64,000 nucleotides of DNA. It comes from Ramazzottius varieornatus. Lineage: Eukaryota > Animalia > Tardigrada. Under the pieces are notes generated by a model that was not told the origin of the DNA, made no database searches, and worked only from the letters and a program-made list of their open reading frames with translations. Position 1 is the stretch's first letter. Each line of letters starts with the position of its first letter. Made by a program: the position numbers and the translations under genes. The stretch is from assembly GCA_001949185.1 (NCBI GenBank), contig BDGG01000006.1, forward strand, positions 540,827 through 604,826, in the 5' to 3' direction. Shown here in pieces: positions 24,101-35,017 of the stretch.

Positions 24101-26703
24101 GCTGTAACACAAGGTGCACTGAACAACGTCACGTGTTTTGAGATTTTGCAGTGTTTCGTCACGCTGCTTCACGAACCTCAGTTGCAAAACGCGGAAGGCA
24201 GTACTAAGCGTTTTGGCTGGTCAAACAATCCTTGAGCCACCAATTAGTTGCAGCGGGAATCTGGCATCACCGCCGGCGCCGGCACGGCTGTGATGGATTC
24301 TTCTACATTTTCTTTTCTGACTCCCCCTGAGGAAGTTCCGTTTTTCTTCTAGCGCATGCACATGTTACACTTCTGCGTTACTGACAGAAGTGCTCCCTGT
24401 GGGTACTGAACTTCTGGTGAGTGCCGCCTGTCAGATTGGGACTGTTACGTGACTGCTCTGAATGTCGGCTTGCGTTTTGTACAAAATTACTACCGTAACG
24501 CCGTCTGTTTCCGTAGGAATCGAGCGGAGCCATTGGAAACAGCAAGAGTTGAACATCGCTGGGACGGTAGACCATTCAGGGACCTACCGCTTCGATAAAT
24601 CGCGGGTAAGCAAGACGTCAACTCTCTCGGCTGGCGGAGAAGACATATGTGCCCTGAATATCGTGCTCAAAGAATGGATTTGTACGCTACTCCCTCACCG
24701 TGTGACTCCGCACTAGCTCCGTACTTGATCTCTGTGTTTGCTAGGTCGGCGAAGGACTTGATGCAACTGGAACGAAAGGAAATACAGCGCATGCGCTACC
24801 TTTCTTCCGATCCTGGTGATCTTTCGGTGGCTTCAGTCTTTCTTTTGCTGTCTTCTCTCCCTCATTTGATTTCAAATCTGAATTCAGTTTTCGTTGCCGT
24901 TTATTTTTCTGTTTTCAGGTCTCAAAATAAGTTTAAAGATCTTTTTTCCCCGTTGAAATAAGCTTTTCTGTGCGAGTCCGGTCGAAGTAGTAAATTCGTG
25001 GTCCTTTCTTGGTTTCCCGGTTGCTTCATAGAAAGTGCACGGTTTCCCGGTACCTAAGTCAGTCCATGGTTGAGCCAAGGTCAGAAGTTTTTCTGACCCA
25101 TAGACCATGGCACATGAGCTACAGTGGGCAGGTTACGGTCCTATGCGCTCAGTTCCTTACGTCACGCTCAGCTGGTCGGTGAACCAAGGTAGTAATGTGG
25201 CAGTGCCACTCATCCACCGTACACCACACAGTTATACGGGGTGACGTATTGACGAAAGAGAAATTCGACAAAATGCAACCTTCCCACTGTGGCCCATGTG
25301 CCATGGCCAATGGGACAGGAAAACCTGCCAATATTCAGTAAACAGAACTGGACACCGGAGCCCGGTACTAATGTTTTATAAATTTGAAACTAGGGTCCTT
25401 TTTTTATTATTATTAAGATGTTTATCACCCGAATTAAAATATATTTTAATACCAGTAACGCTACCGCTGATTCGAAGAATTCTGCGTGTGCGCTGATTAT
25501 GTGGCGTACGACCACGCCTCACGAAGTGCACCAGGTCCTAATGATGGCTTGTGATGCTACCACACCAGCACGGAAGGACTAATGCAGATGCACACGCGTA
25601 CACCATGCAGCTACACATAGCGCGACACACTAAACCGCCATATCGCAGAGTGCAGGTGCACGGTGCAAGCTGTATATAGGGAATTGATACTGCTTACGAC
25701 AAAATACACTGAGCCCCAAAGCATCTGTCCACCCTTCTCAACGCTACTTCGCGGCAAATATCTTCCATTCTAAGCGTTCAAAACCGAAGCACATACAGTC
25801 CAAATGAAGCTTGAGAACTGCTCGTTCACTTAATGCAAATATTGATAAGATTCATCTGAGACTAAATTCTCAAACAGTTTTTTAACACGAGACGGTAGAA
25901 AATGATCATCTGTTGCGCATCGTAACCTGTTCGGGGAAAAAATGTTGCCAACAAACTTTTGCTCATACCTTTCAACGTTCAATAGCTCGATGAAAAGCTG
26001 TTGTCCTCCTTCACCTCCGCAATATGTCTCAGTATCGAATGAACGAGTTTTCGGCAATCCTCAAGCTCAATTCCGAACCACACTTCTTCGATAGCTTCTT
26101 CGAGCTGGCCGATGTTCTTTTAGATGTTTTCCCCTCAGTTTTCTTTCAAATTGTGCCCAAATGCTCTATAGGATTCAAGTCTGGACTGTACGGAGCCAAG
26201 AACAGCAGTTCCGGATGGTTCTTTTTGAACCAGTCGTTTGCAAGAATTGAATCATGTTTAGGATAATGATCGTGCTGGAACAGCCATCCATGCTGCAACT
26301 TCAGTATCTTCGCCGACTGCTTCAAATTGTTCTTCAGAGTGTATCTGTACTGGAACCTGTCCATGTTTCCCCTCACAATAACAAGATTTCCGACACCTGC
26401 GGACGAAAAGCAACTGCATACCATGAAGTTCCCGCCACCATGCTTGACCGGCCGGTAAGCTTCACCTGGCTTTCTCCAATCCATAACCTTCCCACCCGTT
26501 CCCAAGTTGAACTTGGATTTGTTCGACCATAAGACGTTGTCCCAAAAAGAAACTGGCATTTCCCCGTACCTTTTGCAGAAGTCGACGCTTTTGTCGAGCA
26601 TGCTCTTTAAAAAACGGTTTCTTCAGAGCTAGTCTTCCGTTCAGGCCTTTCTCCCGACTCCGGCGACGAACTGTTTCCTTTGAAATCGACATCAATAAGC
26701 CCG

Positions 26704-27206
26704 ACACTGCAAACACAGAAATCAACACATCAATCACTGACCAAAGTGACGACCCAATCAATGAGACGAGGAATCCACTGAGGTAAAAGAGCCGGCTCTT
26801 ACCTTGGACAGTGTTGACGTGAGGACAGCGTGGTTGGAAATAGGTTTGCTTGATGGCAGGAACCAGGAACTCTCCACAACATTGGGTCTGGATGGCAATG
26901 AGGGTGGTGTGCGAGCGGATGTGGTCCAGGATGTTTTCCGCCTTCTTCTGATTCTTGCTGGTGACGGGGAGAGCTACTTCGAACTCCGGCCCACACACGG
27001 AACACTGGAGGGTACCGATGTCAGGATGCTGCAAAAAACAACACAGAAATCAGAAACTGGAGTACCAGGAAGTAAAACTGTAGAATACACAAATGAGGTA
27101 CCAGAATGCTCACCATTTGAGGACCTCTGATGAAATTCATCGTGAATACGCTAGCACAACTACGAAAGCAAGAGAGATTTCAAGTGAAGAACCACAATGG
27201 CGAGCT
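26704..27206. repeat. 503-bp direct repeat, copy 1 (left end of the insertion in Tc1)
   Basis: Identical to 30367-30869 (offset 3663) apart from one difference seen (27129 G vs 30792 A). Confidence 0.95.
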
Positions 27207-27827
27207 GACCACTCAACAGTCGGCTTTCATACTCAAATCTCGTAGGCGTGGCTCCAGCCAACGTACTTCATGATTGGTTGGAAACCCACCAGCGGAATAA
27301 CGAAAAAAATCTGCGAGCAGACCTGACGTGTAGTCGAATTTGGTCGTATAGTTCGATCGACTCGATTATTTTTGAAAATCCGTGAACAAACACACTGTGA
27401 ACAACGGTACCTGCTCAAATTATCTTTCGACCATAATGCCGACCACGAATATCGCCTGACCGAATACTGACCGACATTCATGTGTAAAAAGATATTCTTG
27501 ACAGTTAGTTTTGCGGTTATTTGATATTCAAAGTTAGTCAAAGTGCCGGTTAATATTCTACCCAAACGATATTCCGGTATAGTACCGTAAACAAAGGTCT
27601 GAGTCGCCCTATTGCTGTGCCATGCACCGCCCACTTCGTTCCGAGGTAACGCTGTGGATTATTCCCCATCTGCAGTTCTTGCAGCGCTGCTTTTGTTCCA
27701 ATTCTTAAGGTGCCTGGATTTTTGTATTTCAAAAGATTGCATGAACTCTAGTGATCGTTATCAGAGTTCAACTCTACCAGTAGCAATAGACCTTCACATT
27801 GTCTGTGTTTGGTCTTTGTCTTCCAGC

Positions 27828-29431
27828 ATGGCTTATTCAGGATAACCCGGAAGCAACATGCAACGGCGCTCCATGCGTCGTGTGGACGCAGGGTGTAGCA
27901 AGCGGTTGCATGTGGTTTCCGGGTCATCCTGAATAACAGAATAAGTCTGATCCAGGATGTGGTTCACAGAACATGAACGGCAAGCCAGTTTCCGTCCAGA
28001 ACCTGATGAACAGCCAGCAGGGCGGACAGCAGCGTGGAGGTGGACAGCAGCGCTGTTTCCCCGGTGGAAATCGGGGCGGAAACAGCAACGGCAGCAGCAA
28101 CGTCTACTCGTCCTGAGGAGGAAACTGGAACCGAGGCTACAACCGAGGTGGATAGACCGGCGGACAAGGATAAGGTAAGACTTCCGGTTCAGTTTGCACT
28201 TCCTCCTTCGTTCTAAGGCAAAGTTGGAAACTTCACTCGTCTCTTTCTAGTCTACTCTCCGTTGTTTTCGGTCTATGCTTTTCGCTTGTCTTAGGTTTCA
28301 ACGAGGGAATGCAGAGCCGAAGTCGATTTGGCATTGAGGAAGCCCGCAAAGCGACTCGACGTAGAAGCTGCCAGTTCTGCCAGTGAAGAGTTCCGCAAGT
28401 TGGAAATCAGCAAAGGTACTTCACAGCTTTTCTTCGGCTTTCAATAGTTTCGTTGCTCACTTTTCTCTTCCTATACTTCCTGCTTGAGGGTACGGTATAT
28501 CCAATCAATCTTTCTGGTTGCAGGAGACGCAGTCTGGTAACAAGTCCGAAGGCGGAAACCAGCAGACCGAAGTTAAGCCTGGCTACAACCCCGATCAGCT
28601 CTTCGACAACACCAGCTGCGATGCCATCGAGAAGGAACAGCAGAATAAGCAACGTGAACAGTGAGCCACGTTTCCCGTTCATTGTTTATCCTGGAATTCT
28701 TCGCGAAGGTTTCTACCCTGCTTCCAGATGAACTCAAATACAATGAATCATTTGGGAGGCCGTTACCTTAAGCGGCGCACGTTTCTGTTGTTACTGGCTG
28801 GTAGCGTGCGCCACTGGAATAAACGATCTCATGTTTTATGTTTAGCGGCCTCTCATTAGTGCTTTTTCCGGGGAAAAATTCTTTCTAGATTGGGTTGGAA
28901 TGTTTCCTGATGTTTGGTTCTTCTTTGCAGGATGAACAACCTGGATACGAGCAACCAATGGCAGGATCTGCGGCAGAAAGGGCGTCAGTACAACGCGGAA
29001 ACCTTCGGTATCACTTCCCGGACCTTCAACCGAGGAGGTCGCGGCGGACGAGGCGGCTGCCGTGGCGGTTATCAGAGCCAGAACCAGAATGGTGGCGGTG
29101 GATGGGGCAACTCTGGTGGCATGAACCGTGGAGGCCGCGGTGGTTTGTTCGTTGCTCACTGTTTATTTACCTAAATCGAATATGAAAGGTTTGGCTCATG
29201 ACTTGCTTTGTTTCACAACAGGTGACGGTCGTGGTGACGGTAGGCGTGCCAGTGGTGGTGGTAGTGGTGACCAGAATGGCGGCTCGAACCAACAGCAGGC
29301 CAGACAGCCCACTTTGTACTATGTATTTGCAGACGGATGGTAGGACTTACGCTGTGGCTCAACCAAGCAATGGTGGCGGTGCTGGACGCAACGGTGGTGG
29401 TCGTGGCGGTGGTGGTTACAACGGTGGGGAG
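27828..29431 (+). pseudogene. LSM14/Trailer hitch/CAR-1-like pseudogene (FDF-like, FFD and TFG boxes plus RGG tail; no LSm domain seen)
   Basis: Exons approximately 27828-28174, 28295-28415, 28524-28660, 28931-29142 and 29222 onward. FFD-box-like GYNPDQLFDNTSCDA; TFG box RQYNAETFG followed by NRGGRGGRGG; frameshifted FDF-like SD(F)DVEAA. Several in-frame stops and a MITE in codon 3. Confidence 0.75.
27836..27933. mobile_element. ~100-bp hairpin MITE inserted just after the ATG of the LSM14-like gene
   Basis: ~32-bp imperfect TIR TTCAGGAT(A/G)ACCCGGAA.C.ACATGCAAC.GC with TA on both sides; removing it restores the frame ATG GCT TAA CAG AAT AAG TCT GAT CCA GGA. Confidence 0.8.
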
Positions 29432-29660
29432 CACTATTCCCTCCACAACAAAATCCCGGGACGAGATCCCGGGTATATCAGATCCCGGGGACCCCCAATC
29501 CCGTGCTACATATACCCCGCGATCGACAAATCCCGTGATTTGTACAAAAAACCCGGGAGCATAAAATGTCGGGAAACCCTAATCCCGTGCTACGTATATT
29601 CCGCGATCGACAAATCCCGGGGTATGTACAAAAACCCCGGGAGGATGAGATCCCGGAGGA
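29432..29660. repeat. Transposon-terminus-like block of ATCCCG(G) motifs with an imperfect 84-bp tandem duplication
   Basis: Begins CACTATTCCC; about ten (AT)CCCG(G) motifs; AATCCCGTGCTAC...CGCGATCGACAAATCCCG...TGTACAAAAA(A)CCC at 29497 and 29581. Confidence 0.7.
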
Positions 29661-30244
29661 GTTTTATTTAGGCTTCAGTTGATATTACCTCCCAGATCCA
29701 TAAAGTTCATTTGAATTTTGAACGCATTCACTTTGATTTATGTCAGCTGTGTGAGTTCGTGCGGGACTTGACGGTTTGAACTCCCTCTACCTGTCATGTT
29801 CACCAATTCACACCGACGTGTTTCGAACCAGCGCGCTAATTGCTCTTGTGCTGAATGCGACTGTTGTAGATCGAATTTGTCGCTCATATGGATTTCCTTC
29901 GTTCTACCTCATCGTGTGTCTTCAAAACGTTTCTGCAGTTTCCCAATCGTTCTCTGTTTGTAACTCTCTGCTAAGTACTCTGTTGGAATTTTCTGTGCAA
30001 TTGTTGTAGTATATTTACGATGGCTGACGATGATGGACCTGTTTTGCAAGTCATGTTTTCGACCAAAATTGTATAAAATCATATGATTTTATGATGGAAG
30101 GCGAGCGAAATTTCACGTCTGCGCACGTCGCTTTTCATGTTACTGCATTTAGATACGATATGGAAAACAATGAAAAACACGGTCGATTTTAAAGGGTACA
30201 ACGAAAACCAATTCTCAAATCAAGATGTCCCATAAGGCAGTCAA

Positions 30245-30803
30245 CTAATGAAAAGTAGGGAAATCTTCGGGAAGCTGGTTGGCTCCGCCTCCTTCTCCAA
30301 CGAAAGGACCGACCAGTGCTGGATCCCGTTCGATCCCGATCTCTTCCTGCACGGTACCACCCACCAACACTGCAAACACAGAAATCAACACATCAATCAC
30401 TGACCAAAGTGACGACCCAATCAATGAGACGAGGAATCCACTGAGGTAAAAGAGCCGGCTCTTACCTTGGACAGTGTTGACGTGAGGACAGCGTGGTTGG
30501 AAATAGGTTTGCTTGATGGCAGGAACCAGGAACTCTCCACAACATTGGGTCTGGATGGCAATGAGGGTGGTGTGCGAGCGGATGTGGTCCAGGATGTTTT
30601 CCGCCTTCTTCTGATTCTTGCTGGTGACGGGGAGAGCTACTTCGAACTCCGGCCCACACACGGAACACTGGAGGGTACCGATGTCAGGATGCTGCAAAAA
30701 ACAACACAGAAATCAGAAACTGGAGTACCAGGAAGTAAAACTGTAGAATACACAAATGAGGTACCAGAATGCTCACCATTTGAGGACCTCTAATGAAATT
30801 CAT
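30245..30803 (-). CDS. Small (125 aa) Cys/His zinc-finger-like protein of unknown family
   Basis: Exons 30803-30777, 30691-30466, 30369-30245; GT-AG, 378 nt, no internal stop. MNFIRGPQMHPDIGTLQCSVC-x23-HIRSH...CCGE...CPH. A 3'-truncated second copy lies at 26704-27140. Confidence 0.6.
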
Positions 30804-30869
30804 CGTGAATACGCTAGCACAACTACGAAAGCAAGAGAGATTTCAAGTGAAGAACCACAATGGCGAGCT
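30367..30869. repeat. 503-bp direct repeat, copy 2 (right end of the insertion in Tc1)
   Basis: Matches 26704-27206; the ORF track gives identical peptides for both copies. Confidence 0.95.
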
Positions 30870-32027
30870 CCTCTTTGATCTCTGGAGCAGAAATGCGTCG
30901 ATCTTTCAGGGCTCTTCGCACAATAAGTCTGTCCGTCATCAGGGTAGTGATTAGCTCTCTTGCACACCGAGGTTTGTTCTGGACGCTGCCGGTCTCCTTA
31001 TACTTCTTGATCATGGAGTTGACGCTGGAGTGTGGAAGAAGCATCGGCTGAGCGATCTCCCTGTTTGAAACTTTATCCAGGTGCTTATTGATGACACGAT
31101 TTCGGATATCGTCGCTGTACTCCTTCAGCTTGCGACCCATTTTGAAGCAATTTTACGAGAACTTCTGAGACAATGAAATCAGCTGACTGCTTGTTGATTT
31201 CAATACCCCTAGCATTAATCTACACCCGTGAATTTGTAACAGCGAAACTAGTTTGGGATAGCGGAGAAAATAGTTTTTTCATGAAGTCGGTCTGCTAAAG
31301 TCAGATTTACGTTTTGTGTCGCGTTTTAGGTCTTCGTGTTTTACCACCACGACAGTCAGCTCTAGTTACAGTCCACTGTGACCGAAACCTTGCTGAAGTT
31401 TTCTTCTGTTCACGTAAGAAAACTAGAAACGATTTGGGCTGACGCGACGGGAGAAAAAGAAAATTTTGTGCTTGCGACAGTGGTGGACAGATACTAATGG
31501 GACTCAGTGTATCTCACCTGTCCTACGGCATGTCAGAGAATTTCCGGGCCGCCGCCGCGAGCAAAACCTACAGTTTTTTCTGAGCAGTTTTGATTCTCCG
31601 AGTAAATATTTAGTAGGGCTTCTGCTGACACAGATGCTTGTGATACCGTGTGGTGAGATCTACTGATAAGCTCTCGGTTACTAAAATATATTTTAGTACG
31701 AAACCCACAGGAGTTCAACTATAGTAATATTTTATTAAGACATGCAGAGGTTTTACTATAGTAATTGCAAGTTATTTAGACTTTAGTGGACGACGGATAT
31801 CTATTTTTATTGTAGTAAATGCCATAATCACATATTAGAACATCACTAGTCTGGGAGCTGTGTAGCACGGTAGTATCGGAACAGTGGAAACACGGCTTAT
31901 TTCCTGATTGGAGAAGGCGAAAATACACTGACACACCCATCAAAACCGATGACGTCACAATTTACTAAAAATACAGTGTAAAACTAGAACAGAATAACAG
32001 GAGCATAAGTCAGTTGGTAGACGCAAC

Positions 32028-34702
32028 TAGAGCCCTGCAACATGCCGTACGTTCTGCACTGCACTGCATTTTACTGCATTGCAGTGCAGTTGCAGTCGCC
32101 GCAACGATGAAAAAATGCAGATGCAGTGCAGTTGCAGTTTCGGGAAACCGGATGCAGTGCAGATGCAGCACGGGTTTTCGCTACTGCTGCAGGGCTCTGA
32201 TTCAGACAGAAAGGTTTGCATCGCTATCACACGATTACAACAGGCTGCATAATTTGATGAATTCACATCAGAGCTCTAATTCCGTTTTCTTCACCGGTCT
32301 AACAGTGTGCTCTTCGCTTGATACTCCGTATATTGGAGCTCCTACTTTGATAAGAGCAGTGAGGATGAGTGCTGAAGGTATTGAGGAGGATCTCGAGAGG
32401 GACGAAGCTGAGAGAGGGTCGCTCGCTGATGGTGAGAACAGCGCTGCAGAATCGAAAACTGATAATGACAACCCGGATCGTGTTCGACAGACTGCTGTCC
32501 AGTCGGAAGCAAGGTAACACTGCCAATCCCATATGTCAGAGTATATTGAAGTACGCGAAAGAATCAGAGCTTTAATAAAACTTTGCAGTAAAATGTCCAT
32601 CAAAGATGTAGAAAGAGCTGTGAAGGAAAAGCGTTTTGTTGCTGCTGATGCTGGTCCGTCTAAAAGAAGGAATGGAGCTAAGTTCTGGAGCCACTTCAGG
32701 AAGCTGTAAGATAAAGCCTTGGGATGCCCTTTGGGCTACATCATCTGCCTACGATGCCGCCAGATCTTCGAGCATTCGCGAACATCGGGTACCGTGGTGT
32801 ACAAGCGTCATATCAGCGCTTGTGGCAAGGCAAACAATCAACCCCTTATCACTGGCTTTGCTGTCAGTACGCTGCCCAACTTCATTCCCGAAGCGACGAA
32901 GCAGAAGGTGTCGCAAGCTTGTGCCCGATACTGCGCCCGAGTCAACAGAAGCTTTGAAGAAATCAAGGGCAAAGGCTTCAAGGACCTGATCAACGAAGTT
33001 ACAGACGTTGCCTTCAAGTACAACTCCTCCGGTAAATTTACAGCTGAAGAACTCTTGCCCGCTCCGGCTACTGTCAGGAGATACGTGGGCAAGGAAGCGG
33101 AAAGACTGCGTCAGAAGTTGCTAGCTAAAACGAAGCCAATTCCGACTGTGCAGGGAGGTGGGATAACTTTGGATTTTTGGGAAGAGGACTACACCAAAAC
33201 TTCCTACCTAGGTGATTTTAACTCTATGGCTTACCATTTCGCTTTCATATAGCATTTTATTGCGCATGTTACTGCTAGATCTTTTGCTGCTGTTGCAGGT
33301 GTAACCGCACATTACTTCAAAGGATGGGTGCTTCGAGAAAAGTTGCTGTTATGTTCTGAATGGGACACGATGGACCGGAAAACAGCGGAGATAGTTGGCG
33401 CGTTTCTGTTTCACAAGCTGGCCACGATCAAGCTACTGGAATCTGAGCTTAACAATGTCATCTACGTTACCGATGCAGGCTCCAATGTCAAAGCAGCTTT
33501 TAATCTACGGAACAAGCCAATCCTAAGTCGCATTACATGTGCTGGCCACCAGCTGAACACGAGTATCAGGAACTGTTTCAACACTAACCCAAAGTCCGGT
33601 TTCGTGATACTTGCCGCCGGCCTTCCTGTCTTGGACCTCCGGAATGAAGCAAAGAGCCTTGTAGATCACTGCAAAAGAGCAGCCATTGTCAAGCACCTGA
33701 AGACCACGCTGAAACAAGAGATTGAGACGAGGTGAGTGCATGCTATAGGAGCGCCGATAAAATGTTTGACAGAAATAAGTATGCTGATTTCAGATTTTGC
33801 AGGTGGCATTCGATGATCGACAAGTTAGCTTCAGTACTTAGTGCGTATGACGAGCTGGTAGTAGTGCTCTTGGAAAGAGAAGAGGCTGATCTGCTTCCGG
33901 ACCGAGAAAGGATCCAAGAGATGCACGACTTGTTCGCGCCTGTAAAGTCCGCGCCGGAAACACTTTCCGCTTCGAAAAAGCCAACTATCCATCTGGTGAT
34001 TCCTGTCTACCATAACCTTATCCAGCACTTCGAGCATATCCACCCATCGGACCACGACGACATCAGAGCTCTCCAAGTCCACGCTTTGAATGTCTTCAAA
34101 GCAAAGCTTCAACCAGCTGGCATACATAAGATGGCAGTGTTTCTGAGTCCTTCGATGAAACGTTTCTTGCCCGAATCAGATCGTGTGAAAGTTATTGCAA
34201 CTGTGATGAAGCACGTGCGGCAAATTGGGGTACCACAAGATGAGAGAGCTCTGATGCCGAGTGCCGATATTGGAGCTCCAAGACCCAAAAGCATCTTCGA
34301 ATTTTCGAATCTGTGTAAGTTGTCGAACGAACCAGCTGCCCAAAACGGATTCGAAAAGTGCATTCGAATGCGGAATCCTATTCGCTAAGCTCATACTTGC
34401 TGTGCCAGCTTTTAGTACCCCTTCTGAACGACTTTTTAGCCATAACGGTGATGCTCTCAACAGTAAGCGAACTATGCTGCCTGAAACTCTGAGTGATCTG
34501 ATGATTATTCGGTGGAACCATCTCGTAGAAGAATAAATAATTATCGATAATAATTTATGCAGTATCGATGCAGTAAAATGCAGCTAGACGTTCATGGATG
34601 CAGTGCAGTTGCAGTTTCCCTCGGTCAGAATCGGTTGCAGTTTGGAAGAACTGGATGCAGAGCAGTTGCAGAACGGATGTCGCGTGCTGCTGCAGGGCTC
34701 TA
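32028..34702 (+). mobile_element. hAT (hobo/Hermes-like) transposon, near full-length, with an inactivated intron-containing transposase
   Basis: TIR TAGAGCCCTGCA; perfect 8-bp TSD GACGCAAC (32020-32027, 34703-34710); TGCAG subterminal repeats; BED finger WSHF...CLRC...KRHISAC, ITLDFW, VTDAGSNV, CAGHQLN, ETR/WHSM, STPSERLFS. In-frame TAA at ~32707 and a C-terminal frameshift. Confidence 0.95.
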
Positions 34703-35017
34703 GACGCAACACGGTGGATTCTGTCTTAGGGTTTTCTAGGCTTATAGACCTTGTCAGCTTTTGGTTTTGGGAGTTCCCCTACTTGAGTACGGCATTTCGA
34801 GTAAAAATAGAAGCGACACTTGAAGAATATCCGAGCAATGCCGGAAATAATTTCTATGAAACAGCAAGAACATTCTGCAGAGCCGAAAGGTTTTTCTTGC
34901 CAAATTGTCAGGAGACTTTCGGATGCGGCAGAGGAGAAGACAGCAAGCGGGTGTTCTAACATTTGCTGCATCGAACTTGAAGGCGAATTCAAATTTTCTC
35001 ACAGTCGAAAGTCTTGA

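Larger units (their letters stand above)
25707..31509 (-). mobile_element. Tc1 DNA transposon (inactive) split by a 4.17-kb insertion
   Basis: Imperfect TIRs CACTGAG(C/T)CCCA...ATCTGTCCACC with TA TSDs (25705-25706, 31510-31511). N-terminal paired-like HTH at 31140-30870 (MGRKLKEYSDDIRNRVI...); the remainder at 26703-26146 (SKETVRRR, WDNVLWSNKSKF, VKHGGG, FQHD..PKH, SPDLNPIEHL) has a mutated first Asp and frameshifts. Confidence 0.92.

Noticed and set aside
27127-27167. Hammerhead ribozyme core (CTGATGA...GAAA), which would suggest a Penelope element or retrozyme
   Set aside because: Stem II does not close onto GAAA, no stem I/III pairing was found, and the other repeat copy reads CTAATGA.
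29432-29640. RAG/Transib RSS-like heptamer-nonamer (CACTATT...ACAAAATCC; ACAAAAACC at 29628)
   Set aside because: The spacer is 9 bp rather than 12 or 23, and the exact nonamer has no heptamer at the proper distance; likely chance.
26704-30869. LTR retrotransposon or TRIM interpretation of the 503-bp direct repeats (internal TG...CA at 26708-27196 and a PBS-like TGGCGAGC)
   Set aside because: Identity extends beyond TG...CA on both sides, the PBS-like string follows both copies, there is no TSD (GACAC vs ATGGC) and no PPT, there is no gag/pol, and introns are retained on both strands.
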